A stretch of DNA of 64,000 bases from Thermoplasmata archaeon (GTDB taxonomy: Archaea; Thermoplasmatota; Thermoplasmata; Thermoplasmatales; GCA-001856825): contig JAJYUZ010000001.1 of the NCBI GenBank assembly GCA_021792255.1, positions 320,001 through 384,000 on the forward strand, given 5' to 3'. Made by a program: the position numbers and the translations under genes. The notes under the pieces are model-generated. The model was not told where the DNA came from. It saw only the letters and a program-made list of their open reading frames with translations, and did not search any database. Numbering within the stretch: the stretch's first letter is position 1; each line of letters opens with the position of its first letter. Positions 50,106 to 59,673 of this stretch are shown here, piece after piece.

Positions 50106-50873
50106 TCATCGGGATTTAAGTTGCGTCTCTATCTTACTTATTTTCCTCAAAACTTCTGTAACAAGGGCTTTCGAGCTTTCGAGTTTTTCAGACTTAGCGG
50201 ATACTTCCACCTCGATTTCGGATTCTTCTCCTCCCTTTAACATCGGGTGCGATTTAATGTAAATCTTGCCGTTATATTCCTCCATCAATTCTGTAATATA
50301 TGGAGCGAGTGAGGCTTCATAGATCCCAGTCACCAGCACTGAATCTTCGAAATAAAAGCTATTACTCAGTTTAATCCTATTTTCTATGTGTTTCAACATT
50401 GACCTCATTTCGCTTGGCACTCCAGGAAGGATGAAAATTTTAGTAGATTGCAGATGGTATTCGATCCCGGGAGCAGTCCCTTCAACGTTCCTTATAACGG
50501 TCGATCCTTTTGGTACCAGTGCCATTTTTTCCCTCTCCTTAGTCATCTCAACCCCCCGCTTTTCGATCCTGGCTTTAATTGTTTTATATATCTCTGCGTC
50601 TACGACAATTGGAATTTTGAATTCATCAGCAAATGAGGATACTGTTATGTCGTCAAACGTTGGCCCTAGTCCCCCAGAAGAAACAATCACGTCACAGAGC
50701 CCAACAAGAGATCTGAAAGCATTCCCTATTTCCTCTTTGATATCGGGCACCGATATGCCTCTATGGACGTCATAACCTGCGAAGTAAAGCATTCTACCGA
50801 TCTCGGCTGCGTTGGTATTCACCGTCTTTCCTTTGAGAATTTCATTCCCTATCGTTATGACGCAAGCCTTCAT
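50106..50873 (-). CDS. CinA-like molybdopterin-binding domain protein
   Basis: IGNEILKGKTVNTN, SGGLGPTFDDIT, GTAPG, LPGVPSEM. Confidence 0.9.
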   Translation of the reverse strand: MKACVITIGNEILKGKTVNTNAAEIGRMLYFAGYDVHRGISVPDIKEEIGNAFRSLVGLCDVIVSSGGLGPTFDDITVSSFADEFKIPIVVDAEIYKTIKARIEKRGVEMTKEREKMALVPKGSTVIRNVEGTAPGIEYHLQSTKIFILPGVPSEMRSMLKHIENRIKLSNSFYFEDSVLVTGIYEASLAPYITELMEEYNGKIYIKSHPMLKGGEESEIEVEVSAKSEKLESSKALVTEVLRKISKIETQLKSR

Positions 50874-51010
50874 ATTGAGGTTAGTGTAGACGCAGTCTTA
50901 TTGGTTTCTATGTTTGAACTTTTTATTCCTAATTCAAGACTAAATATTATTTTGGTGCGCTAAAATGTTTCAGTGATAAAACTTTTATTAGCAAAATAAC
51001 TCACCGGTAA

Positions 51011-52756
51011 ATGGAATACAAATGGACGGTCTTGGTAAACACTACTTTGGGCGGGCTAATGGGATCAATCAACATGACCATTGTCCTCATTTCACTACCT
51101 ACGATTTTTAGGGGTCTTAACATTGACCCTACTGCCCCGGGAGAGTTCATAATGTTGCTCTGGGTAATGTTGGGTTACAGCATTATTCTTGCCACTCTGC
51201 TGGTGACATTTGGGAGGCTTTCCGACGTTTATGGTAGGACGCGGCTTTACACTTTGGGTTTTATCATCTTTACAGTTGGGTCTATCTTAAGCTCCATAAT
51301 TCCGGATGGATCTGGTAACAGAGGAGCAGAGATGCTCATTGGATTTAGGATGGTGCAGGCAATTGGTGGAGGGCTACTGATGGTAAACAGTACTGCACTC
51401 ATCACCGATGCTTTTGACTCCAGTGAAAGGGGACGAGCACTCGGAATTAATCAGATTTCTTTCATATCAGGATCGTTGATCGGACTAATAGCTGGCGGTC
51501 TGCTTGCGTCAAGTAACTGGCACTTGGTATTCATAGTGAACATTCCCTTTGCTGTTGCTGGTTCTCTTTGGTCCGTATTCAAGCTGAAACAGACTACGAA
51601 GAGAGTAAAGGTTCCAATGGACATAGCTGGAAACATTGCACTTGGAGGGGGGTTAGTCTTGATAAGCCTTGGATTCACTTACGCACTCGTACCATATGGT
51701 ACCTCCTCCATGGGTTGGGGAAGCCCTTGGGTCTTGATCTCTTTTGCAGTGGGCTCAGTCTTGTTGATACTATTCGCGTTCATCGAACTGAGGGTAAAGT
51801 ATCCATTATTCAATTTGCACCTTTTTAAAATAAGAGCCTTCAACTACGGCAACCTTGCAAACTTCATGTCTGCCCTCGGAAGAGGGGCTATTATGTTCCT
51901 CGTAGTCATATGGCTACAGGGCATTTATCTTCCACTGCACGGATTCTCTTATTCATCGACACCATTCTGGGCTGGCATATACATGCTGCCAATGATGGTC
52001 GGTTTCATTGCTCTTGGCCCAATCGGAGGTATGCTGACTGACAAGTATGGTGCACGTATTTTCGCTACAGTGGGTATGGTAATAATTGCATTATCCTTGT
52101 ATCTGCTGACCTTACTTCCATACAATTTCAACGTATGGCAATTCGAAATAATTCTACTAATGAACGGTATCGGTAGCGGATTATTTGCAGCACCCAATAC
52201 AACCGCTGTCATGAACTCTTTACCCCCCGAAAGCAGGGGAGCTGGTAGCGGAATGAGAACGACATTCAATAACATCGGTCAGACTATCAGTATGGCAATA
52301 TTCTTTTCAATAGCAATCACTGTATTTTCACAGAAACTTCCGTCTTCACTTTTGCAGACATCCCAGTCGATCGGACTCCCGACACAGATCGCAGTAGCGA
52401 TCTCCCAAATTCCGCCTTCTGGCGCCCTGTTCGCGGCCTTCCTTGGAATAAATCCTGCCGCCAGTTTTCCTTCTTCAATGCTGAGTCTGGTTTCACCTAC
52501 CGCGTTAAAGTCATTGATGTCCCTTACTTTCTTTCCTAACGCAATCGGACCGTCCTTCATGATAGGTCTCAAGTACTCACTGTACGTCGCAATCGTGATA
52601 ACCCTTATTGGAGCAGTACTCTCTGCACTCAGTGGAGGGAGGTATGTACACGGAGAAGGGTACACAGACGGAAAGAGATCAAGGAGTTCTGAAGATAAAA
52701 AAGCCAGCGATGTCCCTACCACCGAACCGAGTACTGGACACGGGGGCCAAAAATGA
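51011..52756 (+). CDS. MFS drug:H+ antiporter (DHA2-like)
   Basis: GRLSDVYGRTR, FRMVQAIGGG, 14-TM pattern. Confidence 0.92.
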   Translation: MEYKWTVLVNTTLGGLMGSINMTIVLISLPTIFRGLNIDPTAPGEFIMLLWVMLGYSIILATLLVTFGRLSDVYGRTRLYTLGFIIFTVGSILSSIIPDGSGNRGAEMLIGFRMVQAIGGGLLMVNSTALITDAFDSSERGRALGINQISFISGSLIGLIAGGLLASSNWHLVFIVNIPFAVAGSLWSVFKLKQTTKRVKVPMDIAGNIALGGGLVLISLGFTYALVPYGTSSMGWGSPWVLISFAVGSVLLILFAFIELRVKYPLFNLHLFKIRAFNYGNLANFMSALGRGAIMFLVVIWLQGIYLPLHGFSYSSTPFWAGIYMLPMMVGFIALGPIGGMLTDKYGARIFATVGMVIIALSLYLLTLLPYNFNVWQFEIILLMNGIGSGLFAAPNTTAVMNSLPPESRGAGSGMRTTFNNIGQTISMAIFFSIAITVFSQKLPSSLLQTSQSIGLPTQIAVAISQIPPSGALFAAFLGINPAASFPSSMLSLVSPTALKSLMSLTFFPNAIGPSFMIGLKYSLYVAIVITLIGAVLSALSGGRYVHGEGYTDGKRSRSSEDKKASDVPTTEPSTGHGGQK

Positions 52757-53187
52757 AAAATGAATATGCTATGCTATTGGACCAATTGACCTCGATAAGG
52801 AAACTGAGAAAAAAAATACTCAGTGAAATTAATGCCAACCTGAAAGACTTCAATTCCAGTGATTTCCAGGTTTTACACAGGATATGCAGGGGAATAAAAG
52901 AACCCATGATGAGCGACCTTTCAAAATCGACCGGATTGTCTCACGCTTTGATAACTTCATCTGTTGATAGCCTGGAAGAACTGGATCTTGTAAAGAGGAA
53001 GAGAGGACCTGACAGAAGAAGCTACGTCATAAAACTGACAAGTAAGGGGGTCGAGAAGTGTCAAGAAATGGAAGAACTGAAGAACAGGAGTATAGATTCA
53101 TTGTTCAGGAGCATGTCTAAGGAGGATCTTTCAGAGCTGAAAGAGACCCTTAAAAAATTGAACGATCTCATGGGAAAATATGCATGA
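52753..53187 (+). CDS. MarR-family regulator
   Basis: LEELDLVKR, DRRSYVIKLTSKG; ATGA overlap with the MFS gene. Confidence 0.9.
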   Translation: MKNEYAMLLDQLTSIRKLRKKILSEINANLKDFNSSDFQVLHRICRGIKEPMMSDLSKSTGLSHALITSSVDSLEELDLVKRKRGPDRRSYVIKLTSKGVEKCQEMEELKNRSIDSLFRSMSKEDLSELKETLKKLNDLMGKYA

Positions 53188-53449
53188 CAAATGACACTGA
53201 ATGATCTACCAGTGAGATCACCCGTTTCGACCGATCCATAAGCTGAATCTTTTACGTTCTTTTCCTGGATTAGAGTTTCCCTATCAGCAAGGTTCCTTTT
53301 AGGAATCAGAAACCAAGCCCTTGCTATTGGTAACAGACTTCTTCAAATCAAAAAGAGCCCTTATCTCCAACGGAGAAAGATTTTACTACCTTCAAATCTG
53401 TAAACATTTTTTTTCTTGTCTTCTGTAATAAGTTGGCATCATAGAAGCA

Positions 53450-54712
53450 TTAGATTATCAGCGTTTCCTGATCCACTTTTCTCTTTGAGAGTCCGAGGTC
53501 AGCTACATTTATTTCTAAACCACCATAAAGTCTTGTCGACTGTTTTCCTGAGAATAGTGCAGCTGCGACCATTCCTGCTGCGTCGGCTTTCATTATCCCG
53601 CTTCCACTACTCCCATTTACTACTGAAAGGTTCATGTGTCTTTCGAAAACGTAGGTGCCATCCATGTTATTCATGGAATAGAAGCCCGCCCAGCTCGACC
53701 GTATGCGGGAATTAGAAAAAGCCGGAACGTACTCTCTAAGGACTGTGTAAAGATTGTTTGAGTAATAATCCTCATCAGCAGTCGGATTCTCTTCTAGTGA
53801 AAATCCTCTCCCGATTCCCTCAACGTAGGATACCCAGAACATCTTTGATTTTGGATCTGGCCTCAGGTCAATTGTGGGACTAGGGAGAATTGTAAACGGA
53901 AAGAGGTCCTCCTCCCCCGTCACTTTTCTTGTCATCATTTTAGAGATTTCCTCGCTCTGGACCTGAAACACCTGAACCTTCTTTGGTTGAGTGAATGCGT
54001 CAATTCCGAGTGGCCTCAACAAATCGTTTGTCCATACGTCAGTCGCAAGCAAAAACTGGTCCGCAAAAACATCTCCTTTGCTTGTTTCGACCGACTCTAT
54101 TACCTTATCTTGCCAGATGAACGGTTCTCCAGGAAAATTTAGCTTGTTGCGAGGTGCTATGCTCAGTCTTTCCACGTTGGTGTTGAATCTAAACTCTACA
54201 CCCATATTCTCCAATTTTGTGACATAAAACGATGCAAGTAGGTCGGGTTCCATGATGCCACAATTTTCACCTACTAAACCTCCTTCGATATTCCTCAGGT
54301 TCATAATACTGGCAGCATCCGGGTCAGGATTCGTCCTTATTCCAAGTTCTGAAATTTCTTCCCTGCTTATTATTTTAGATTTGACCTTATTAAGAAGTTT
54401 CCGGACTGCCGGAGAGTTCAGATTGTCCTTATCCATCAGGAACAGGTAGCCGTTGAAGTGCATTCCCAAGTTGAACCCTTTCCTTTGAACGTCCTTGTAA
54501 AAAGAGATGGAAGAGGACGCTAACTTGTAATTTGTCTCCGAAGTAAAGACATCTCGAAAAGCGGCAGCACTTTTGGCCGTGTTTCCTTGAGCATACGTAC
54601 TCCCCTTGTCTAAAACGCAAATATTCAGATCTGGATTTTCTGACTTGATGTGGTAAGCCGAAGAGAGACCTGAAATACCGGCTCCAACGATTAATAGATC
54701 GTACTTTTGCAT
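53450..54712 (-). CDS. FAD-dependent oxidoreductase, DAO / proline dehydrogenase beta-like
   Basis: IVGAGISG, NTAKSAA, WAGFY, SGSGIMKAD. Confidence 0.85.
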   Translation of the reverse strand: MQKYDLLIVGAGISGLSSAYHIKSENPDLNICVLDKGSTYAQGNTAKSAAAFRDVFTSETNYKLASSSISFYKDVQRKGFNLGMHFNGYLFLMDKDNLNSPAVRKLLNKVKSKIISREEISELGIRTNPDPDAASIMNLRNIEGGLVGENCGIMEPDLLASFYVTKLENMGVEFRFNTNVERLSIAPRNKLNFPGEPFIWQDKVIESVETSKGDVFADQFLLATDVWTNDLLRPLGIDAFTQPKKVQVFQVQSEEISKMMTRKVTGEEDLFPFTILPSPTIDLRPDPKSKMFWVSYVEGIGRGFSLEENPTADEDYYSNNLYTVLREYVPAFSNSRIRSSWAGFYSMNNMDGTYVFERHMNLSVVNGSSGSGIMKADAAGMVAAALFSGKQSTRLYGGLEINVADLGLSKRKVDQETLII

Positions 54713-54783
54713 TCGCCTGAAGGATAGCGAACCGTTATTTAATATATCATTTCAAATCCCACTAGACAGATAAAGATCGCTAC

Positions 54784-55701
54784 CTAGATCAAATTCATCT
54801 TCTTCAGTAGGTAGCGTGCGGAGACGATATCCTCTAACCCAATCCCCATGGTCTTGAATATCGTTTTCTTGAAACCCCTGTACTTCTCCGTTTCTCCGAT
54901 TACATTCTTAAATTCCGTCGGTCTCCCCCCGCCGTTCACAAAATCTACGATCTCAGAAGACTCCTTGAGTGCCTGCTCCAGGTGTTCAACCACTACGAGA
55001 TCAGCGCCATCTATTACTTTTCTTGAAACCTCTTTTCTGGAGAGAACATTGGAGCCTGAAATGTTAAGATGATATTCATCTAAAAAGGATAGATCATTGA
55101 TTATCGGTTCTCGAGAAGAAGTAATGCTTGTGATGACATCTGCATTTTCCAGACCGGATCTTAAGTCATCATAATACGTTATTTCCTTCCCAAACTTTCT
55201 GTTCATTCTCTCTGCAAAATCTGTGCCGTGTGCTGGCGTGCGGGAGTACACCCTTATTTCGCGAGGATCTGAGACCGCGAGTAGTCCTTCAAGTTGAGTT
55301 TCTGCTTGAAATCCAGATCCTATCAAGGTAAAAACAGAGCACTTACCGTGCAAAGCAGAGGTTGCAAGTGCTGTCACTGCGCCTGTTCTTACTTGCCCCA
55401 ACTTGTTGGCTTCTACTACAGCAATAAGCTCACTCGAAATTGTATCAAACAGCAGAACCACGAACTTGGCTCCTTCTTTTGTTGCTACGTACGTTTTGAG
55501 GCCTGTTATGTTGTACCTATTCATGAAAGCAGGCATTGTGCTGAGGACTGACATACTCGAAAAGGTTCTGATGCGAGAATCAGCTCCTGCTTCACCTCTG
55601 AAGTATTCTCCAAAGGCATCGCGCATTGCTTCAATGGCCATTTTCATGTCAAAATTCTCTACAACATCTTCCTCTGTTATCACGTACATGTGAAACTTCA
55701 A
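54784..55701 (-). CDS. Ornithine cyclodeaminase/mu-crystallin family protein
   Basis: RTGAVTA, IGSGFQA, FKTMGIGLED. Confidence 0.9.
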   Translation of the reverse strand: MKFHMYVITEEDVVENFDMKMAIEAMRDAFGEYFRGEAGADSRIRTFSSMSVLSTMPAFMNRYNITGLKTYVATKEGAKFVVLLFDTISSELIAVVEANKLGQVRTGAVTALATSALHGKCSVFTLIGSGFQAETQLEGLLAVSDPREIRVYSRTPAHGTDFAERMNRKFGKEITYYDDLRSGLENADVITSITSSREPIINDLSFLDEYHLNISGSNVLSRKEVSRKVIDGADLVVVEHLEQALKESSEIVDFVNGGGRPTEFKNVIGETEKYRGFKKTIFKTMGIGLEDIVSARYLLKKMNLI

Positions 55702-55807
55702 CCTGAGGGAAGCTAAATACTCTTTTAAAGAAATTTATCGCTAGATCAAAATTCTAAGGAAATAGGCGCATTACAAATTTACTTTCTTGAGAATACTTTA
55801 CCGAAAA

Positions 55808-56362
55808 TCAGGTCAGCGAGGCCACAATTGAACCAGTCGTACCTGAATAATTAATTACTACTTTAAAGTCCGATAATACTATTGCTTTTCCGGTCGAATG
55901 GAAAACTATGAAAATTATGGCCCCAGATTCTATGGAAGATGCGCCATTAAGTGGGACAGCTCCATTAGCCGTCCACACATCACCGCTGCTCGTAAAAGTG
56001 TTCATGTAAAGTGCTGATCCGTCTGGATTTGTGATTGTCGCATTCTCAATCGTCCAGCCGACCCCTGTTGAGGTCGTGTTCAAAATTTGCAGATGAAAAT
56101 TGGATGGATCCTTAAGAGATGTCGGAGAAGCAAGCGTCAACAGTAGTGTAGTCGAATTTGGTCCAGAAGGTTCTTCCGTCAGGCTTCCCACTAGTGGTCC
56201 AGGCCCGGGAGTATAGTATGAAACCAGCAGATATACAGCAGCAGCTAAAACTACTGTGACTGCCACCATCAGGATAGTTGCTATTACTGGAGATACCGCC
56301 TCGTCTTTTTCAACGTGAAGTGACCAAATCTTCCTGCGAGTTCTCCTAATGACTTCTTTCAT
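55808..56362 (-). CDS. Archaeal type IV pilin-like protein
   Basis: Class III signal KDEA/VSPVIATILMVAVTVVLAA; start taken at MKEVIRR. Confidence 0.88.
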   Translation of the reverse strand: MKEVIRRTRRKIWSLHVEKDEAVSPVIATILMVAVTVVLAAAVYLLVSYYTPGPGPLVGSLTEEPSGPNSTTLLLTLASPTSLKDPSNFHLQILNTTSTGVGWTIENATITNPDGSALYMNTFTSSGDVWTANGAVPLNGASSIESGAIIFIVFHSTGKAIVLSDFKVVINYSGTTGSIVASLT

Positions 56363-57082
56363 CTCTTCCCCCTGGTGAACCAAGAGCGAAAAGAAATGCC
56401 TAAACCCAATATATATTTTGAGGTTCTCTCTATTCCTGAATTAGTTGAATTTATGGATTAAATCGTGCTGCCAAATACTCTGCCGGCTATGATAAACATA
56501 TCTTGACCTTTCCATATTGATATCTATTTTTGATCTTCCTTATAAAAATGACTTTCTGTTTTCTAGTGGTGGTAAGAAAGCGCACCAAACTCGTAAGAGG
56601 GAAGGAAATCAAATACTTTTTATATATCTTGAGGAGCCCGTAGAATCCTCTATCGTATAAAGGCCTTGATCTCATTAAATTCTAATAGCGAACTATGCTT
56701 TTCCTCACGATTTACTTGACTCCGAGATTGACATCAACTTTTTCTTGCTCATGCTAAAACTGATTTTGAAAACTATGTCAGATCACCCGAGGTATACAAA
56801 GATATTTTACTAATAGTTCTCAAACCTTTGCCTGCTTTCGGAAGAATGGAATTGACTATAAAATTAGTGTAATCAACATTTCTCAGACATGTTTTCTTTT
56901 TTATATTTTTAAAATGACGAAAATGTAACTTAGATCATTTCTCTTTTAAATCGGACATTTTTTGTTTTAAATAGTTTCAGTCCTCCGGTCATTATTTTCA
57001 TTATGGAAATTCAGCTAGACCGGATCGTGTTGAAGAGCGCTTGACTCTTATTCTCGGTAAATCCTCACAACTTCCACTCAAG

Positions 57083-57192
57083 AAAAAAGAGGAAGTCCTA
57101 CTAGAACTTCCTCTTAACTGGCCCCTCCTCGTGATTGATGATACTGCAGTGTGGGAAGCGTCACGTTGGTTACACGAATCCACTTCGTGCAT
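57083..57192 (-). ncRNA. Candidate ~110-nt sRNA divergent from P2
   Basis: 5' hairpin TGCACGAA/TTCGTGTA, middle CGTGA/TCACG stem, 10-bp terminal hairpin at 57087..57115 running into a U-tract. Confidence 0.45.
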
Positions 57193-57220
57193 TATTCAAT
57201 ATTTCATAAATTTGAGGTCC

Positions 57221-57283
57221 CTATTTAATACCACCAGAAAGTTAGAAATGTTAGCTAACTTCCTGTTAGTATAAAAATACGAG
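57221..57283. promoter_or_regulatory. 63-bp conserved dyad, copy 2
   Basis: AAGTTAG-N9-CTAACTT at 57239..57261 with partly symmetric outer arms; core lies 50 nt before the P2 ATG (49 nt in copy 1). Confidence 0.78.
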
Positions 57284-57311
57284 AATAAGTTGATTTTTTG
57301 AGGGATACGAA

Positions 57312-57413
57312 ATGTTCGTAATATTTGCCTTCGTGATTGGCCTGGCTATAACCGTGTACTACACTTTAATTAACCCACAGGGCAATGGCGGAATAGCGGC
57401 GGGTGGCGGATAG
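57312..57413 (+). CDS. Small hydrophobic peptide P2 (33 aa)
   Basis: Below the ORF-track cutoff. MFVIFAFVIGLAITVYYTLINPQGNGGIAAGGG with GAGGGA upstream. Confidence 0.75.
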   Translation: MFVIFAFVIGLAITVYYTLINPQGNGGIAAGGG

Positions 57414-57432
57414 AAATAATTCTATCTTTCAA

Positions 57433-57442
57433 TTTTCTAACT
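57433..57442 (+). promoter_or_regulatory. Operator half-site upstream of A2
   Basis: TTTTCTAACT ending 28 nt before the A2 ATG, next to ATTAATATA. Confidence 0.6.
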
Positions 57443-57470
57443 ATTAATATAAGCTGAATCTTACTGAGAA

Positions 57471-58427
57471 ATGTCAAATTTAAAAGAAGAAGGAGTTTGT
57501 CCATACTGTAAGAAAAAATCTTACATTACAAGAAAATGGGTTCTAAACAAGTACAAGAAAAGATACAATTATGCTATATATCATCACGACGGAACCTTGC
57601 ATTACTTGAATGAATCTAAAGATAATTCAAAAACCTTCAGGAAGGGAGAAATTGAGAAATTATTGATTGAAACGATAAACTCTGAAAGATTCAAAGATGG
57701 TTTGTTTCTAACTGAAGACATAAAGAAGTTACTTGAGAAGGAATATCCTGAAATTCAATCAGATACTATCAGAGCAAACCTCTATCAATTGACGAAAATA
57801 GGAATGCTTGAAACTATGAAAAAGGGGAGACAGGTCTTCTTCCTTAACGTGGTTTTCAGGGAAAGACTGGGCTATATTTTCGATTCAGTCAAGATATTAC
57901 TCGGAGATATTGAGGGCGATACTTTCTTCAGAAATCACGTTGCCCTTTATCAAATCAGAAATGACAAAACGTGGCCACTTTACTTCCTTCCTTATCGAGT
58001 TTTCGGAGATGCTGACGCCGAGTTTAGAACGATGCAATTTCGGGCGTTTGATATATCAAATAACGAGCGATTGAGAGTACTCTTATTAGAAGACAATCCC
58101 AGGGAAAAGAGAGTACTGCTTCGATTGAGTAATCCTCTGTTCCCAAACGAAATATTGAAAGTCAGATTTGAGTACGATTGGCAGGAGCCTAAACAAGCTT
58201 TTGTCTTCACTGCTGCAACTCAATTAAAGAGCTTCGAGATTTATCTCTCTGGCAACAATCAACTTAAGATACAGGCGATTCAGACCGTATCGACCACCAA
58301 TGAAATTAAAGATCTCACCAATGACGTTTCAAAAAGTAGGAACAAAGAATGGGACTTCGTGTATTCGATAAAGTTGAAATCGATCAAACCCTTTTCAGTA
58401 ATACAATTAAAGTGGAAACGCATTTAA
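57471..58427 (+). CDS. Module protein A2: putative Zn-finger + winged-helix + beta-rich domain regulator
   Basis: CPYC...YHHDGTLHY; 318 aa; paralog of A1. Confidence 0.82.
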   Translation: MSNLKEEGVCPYCKKKSYITRKWVLNKYKKRYNYAIYHHDGTLHYLNESKDNSKTFRKGEIEKLLIETINSERFKDGLFLTEDIKKLLEKEYPEIQSDTIRANLYQLTKIGMLETMKKGRQVFFLNVVFRERLGYIFDSVKILLGDIEGDTFFRNHVALYQIRNDKTWPLYFLPYRVFGDADAEFRTMQFRAFDISNNERLRVLLLEDNPREKRVLLRLSNPLFPNEILKVRFEYDWQEPKQAFVFTAATQLKSFEIYLSGNNQLKIQAIQTVSTTNEIKDLTNDVSKSRNKEWDFVYSIKLKSIKPFSVIQLKWKRI

Positions 58428-58451
58428 AAGGAGTTAGCGTTGCACATTCGC

Positions 58452-58465
58452 AAACTTGAATATTG
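58452..58465 (+). promoter_or_regulatory. Conserved promoter-position element of gene B2
   Basis: AAACTTGAATATTG ending 21 nt before the ATG; 13/14 match to the B1 element. Confidence 0.6.
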
Positions 58466-58486
58466 TTTGCTTTATATCCGCGCTGA

Positions 58487-59419
58487 ATGCCTAGGAAACC
58501 GTTGCAGGCAATGTGTAAAATTTGTGGAGCAAACGCAACACTTGTGCATCACCAGGCCACTGGAGCTAACGGAATAATTTATTTTTATGAGAAGTACGTC
58601 CACCGAAATGGCAAGACTCATTATTTTCGACAAGACAGAAAAGCACAAAGTGAAGAAGCTTCCGTTTCTTTTGAAGACTTGATTGATACGAAGATGAACA
58701 ATGGCAAGTACAGGTTCAAAGAAATCAAACTCCTAATTGAATCTGTCAATCGGAGAAACGTTAGCAACACTATGGTCTACAGGAGTATTGAAAAGGCAAT
58801 ACGGGCCAATTCAATAGAGAAGAATATTGAGGAAGGCATAATCTATTATTCGAAAAGAATCAACCAAGATTCATCAGGACAACTGAAAATAAAGGAAGCG
58901 TTTGTAACTTATGTTCTATCAGACTCTACCGTGAATATGACAATACTGTTACTGTTCGAGAATCTTAGCGGTTTGCTTATGAACAGAATACCAATCACCC
59001 TCCCTACAGGGACTGTAGATTCTCAAAAAGAGCTGCACCTTCAAGTATTCGATCAGATGGGACCAATTCCGGAAAAGAATGTAGAAATGGCATATTCATT
59101 CTCTAGTCAGACCGGAATTGCGATAAACTTTAACAAACCCCTAAAACCGAATGAGTTCAATTTCGTCTTTATGAGCACTCAATTCAAGACAAGAGAGCGA
59201 ATGTTGAAATTTGCTTTGCCACTGTACACCAATTCTCTGAAACTGTACGTCACATTAGATCACGGCAAACCAGTTCACATAATAAAACGCCTGCTCGATG
59301 GAGTCAAGGAGACAAATCCGGATTTGGCCAGAAAGGGGACATTGAATAACGGTCAGACTTACAAGGAAGTGGAGTTCAATAATGCGTCCTGGGGAGAGGC
59401 GATAATAGTCTCTTGGTGA
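58487..59419 (+). CDS. Module protein B2: putative Zn-finger + winged-helix + beta-rich domain regulator
   Basis: CKIC...HRNGKTHY; YRFKEIKLLIES..VYRSI; shares LPxG, TGIxI, KRLxDG, EFxNA with B1. Confidence 0.8.
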   Translation: MPRKPLQAMCKICGANATLVHHQATGANGIIYFYEKYVHRNGKTHYFRQDRKAQSEEASVSFEDLIDTKMNNGKYRFKEIKLLIESVNRRNVSNTMVYRSIEKAIRANSIEKNIEEGIIYYSKRINQDSSGQLKIKEAFVTYVLSDSTVNMTILLLFENLSGLLMNRIPITLPTGTVDSQKELHLQVFDQMGPIPEKNVEMAYSFSSQTGIAINFNKPLKPNEFNFVFMSTQFKTRERMLKFALPLYTNSLKLYVTLDHGKPVHIIKRLLDGVKETNPDLARKGTLNNGQTYKEVEFNNASWGEAIIVSW

Positions 59420-59673
59420 TATTCAATTTCTAATTTGAGGTAGCTTCCTCTCGAATCTATTTGAGTCAAAAAGAGTAGCGATGGCAAGAAAGTGCAGCTG
59501 ATACCTCGGCAGGGTCAATCATTGTATTTGAACCCCAGATTATTCTCCAATGTCGGTAAGAACTATTTTGAGAACCATTTGAGACAGAAATTGGAGATTT
59601 CAAAAATGTACCAAACAATTAATGTATTAGATTTGGAAGTCGTAATTGTATAAAAAAGAGGAGAAGATGAGAA

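Noticed and set aside
49202-57133. 12-nt match CCCCTCCTCGTG (49202..49213 and 57122..57133) that would make the two divergent RNAs complementary
   Set aside because: Many 12-mer matches are expected in 64 kb and this one does not extend; revisit only if both RNAs are confirmed.
48842-57413. P1/P2 as ubiquitin-like (SAMP) modifiers because of terminal glycines
   Set aside because: Too short and hydrophobic for a beta-grasp fold, and P1 ends GGA.
49138-59480. TTGAGTCAAAA and AGAGTAGCG occurring both near 49138-49180 and at 59461-59480
   Set aside because: Short matches needing a large gap; compatible with chance.
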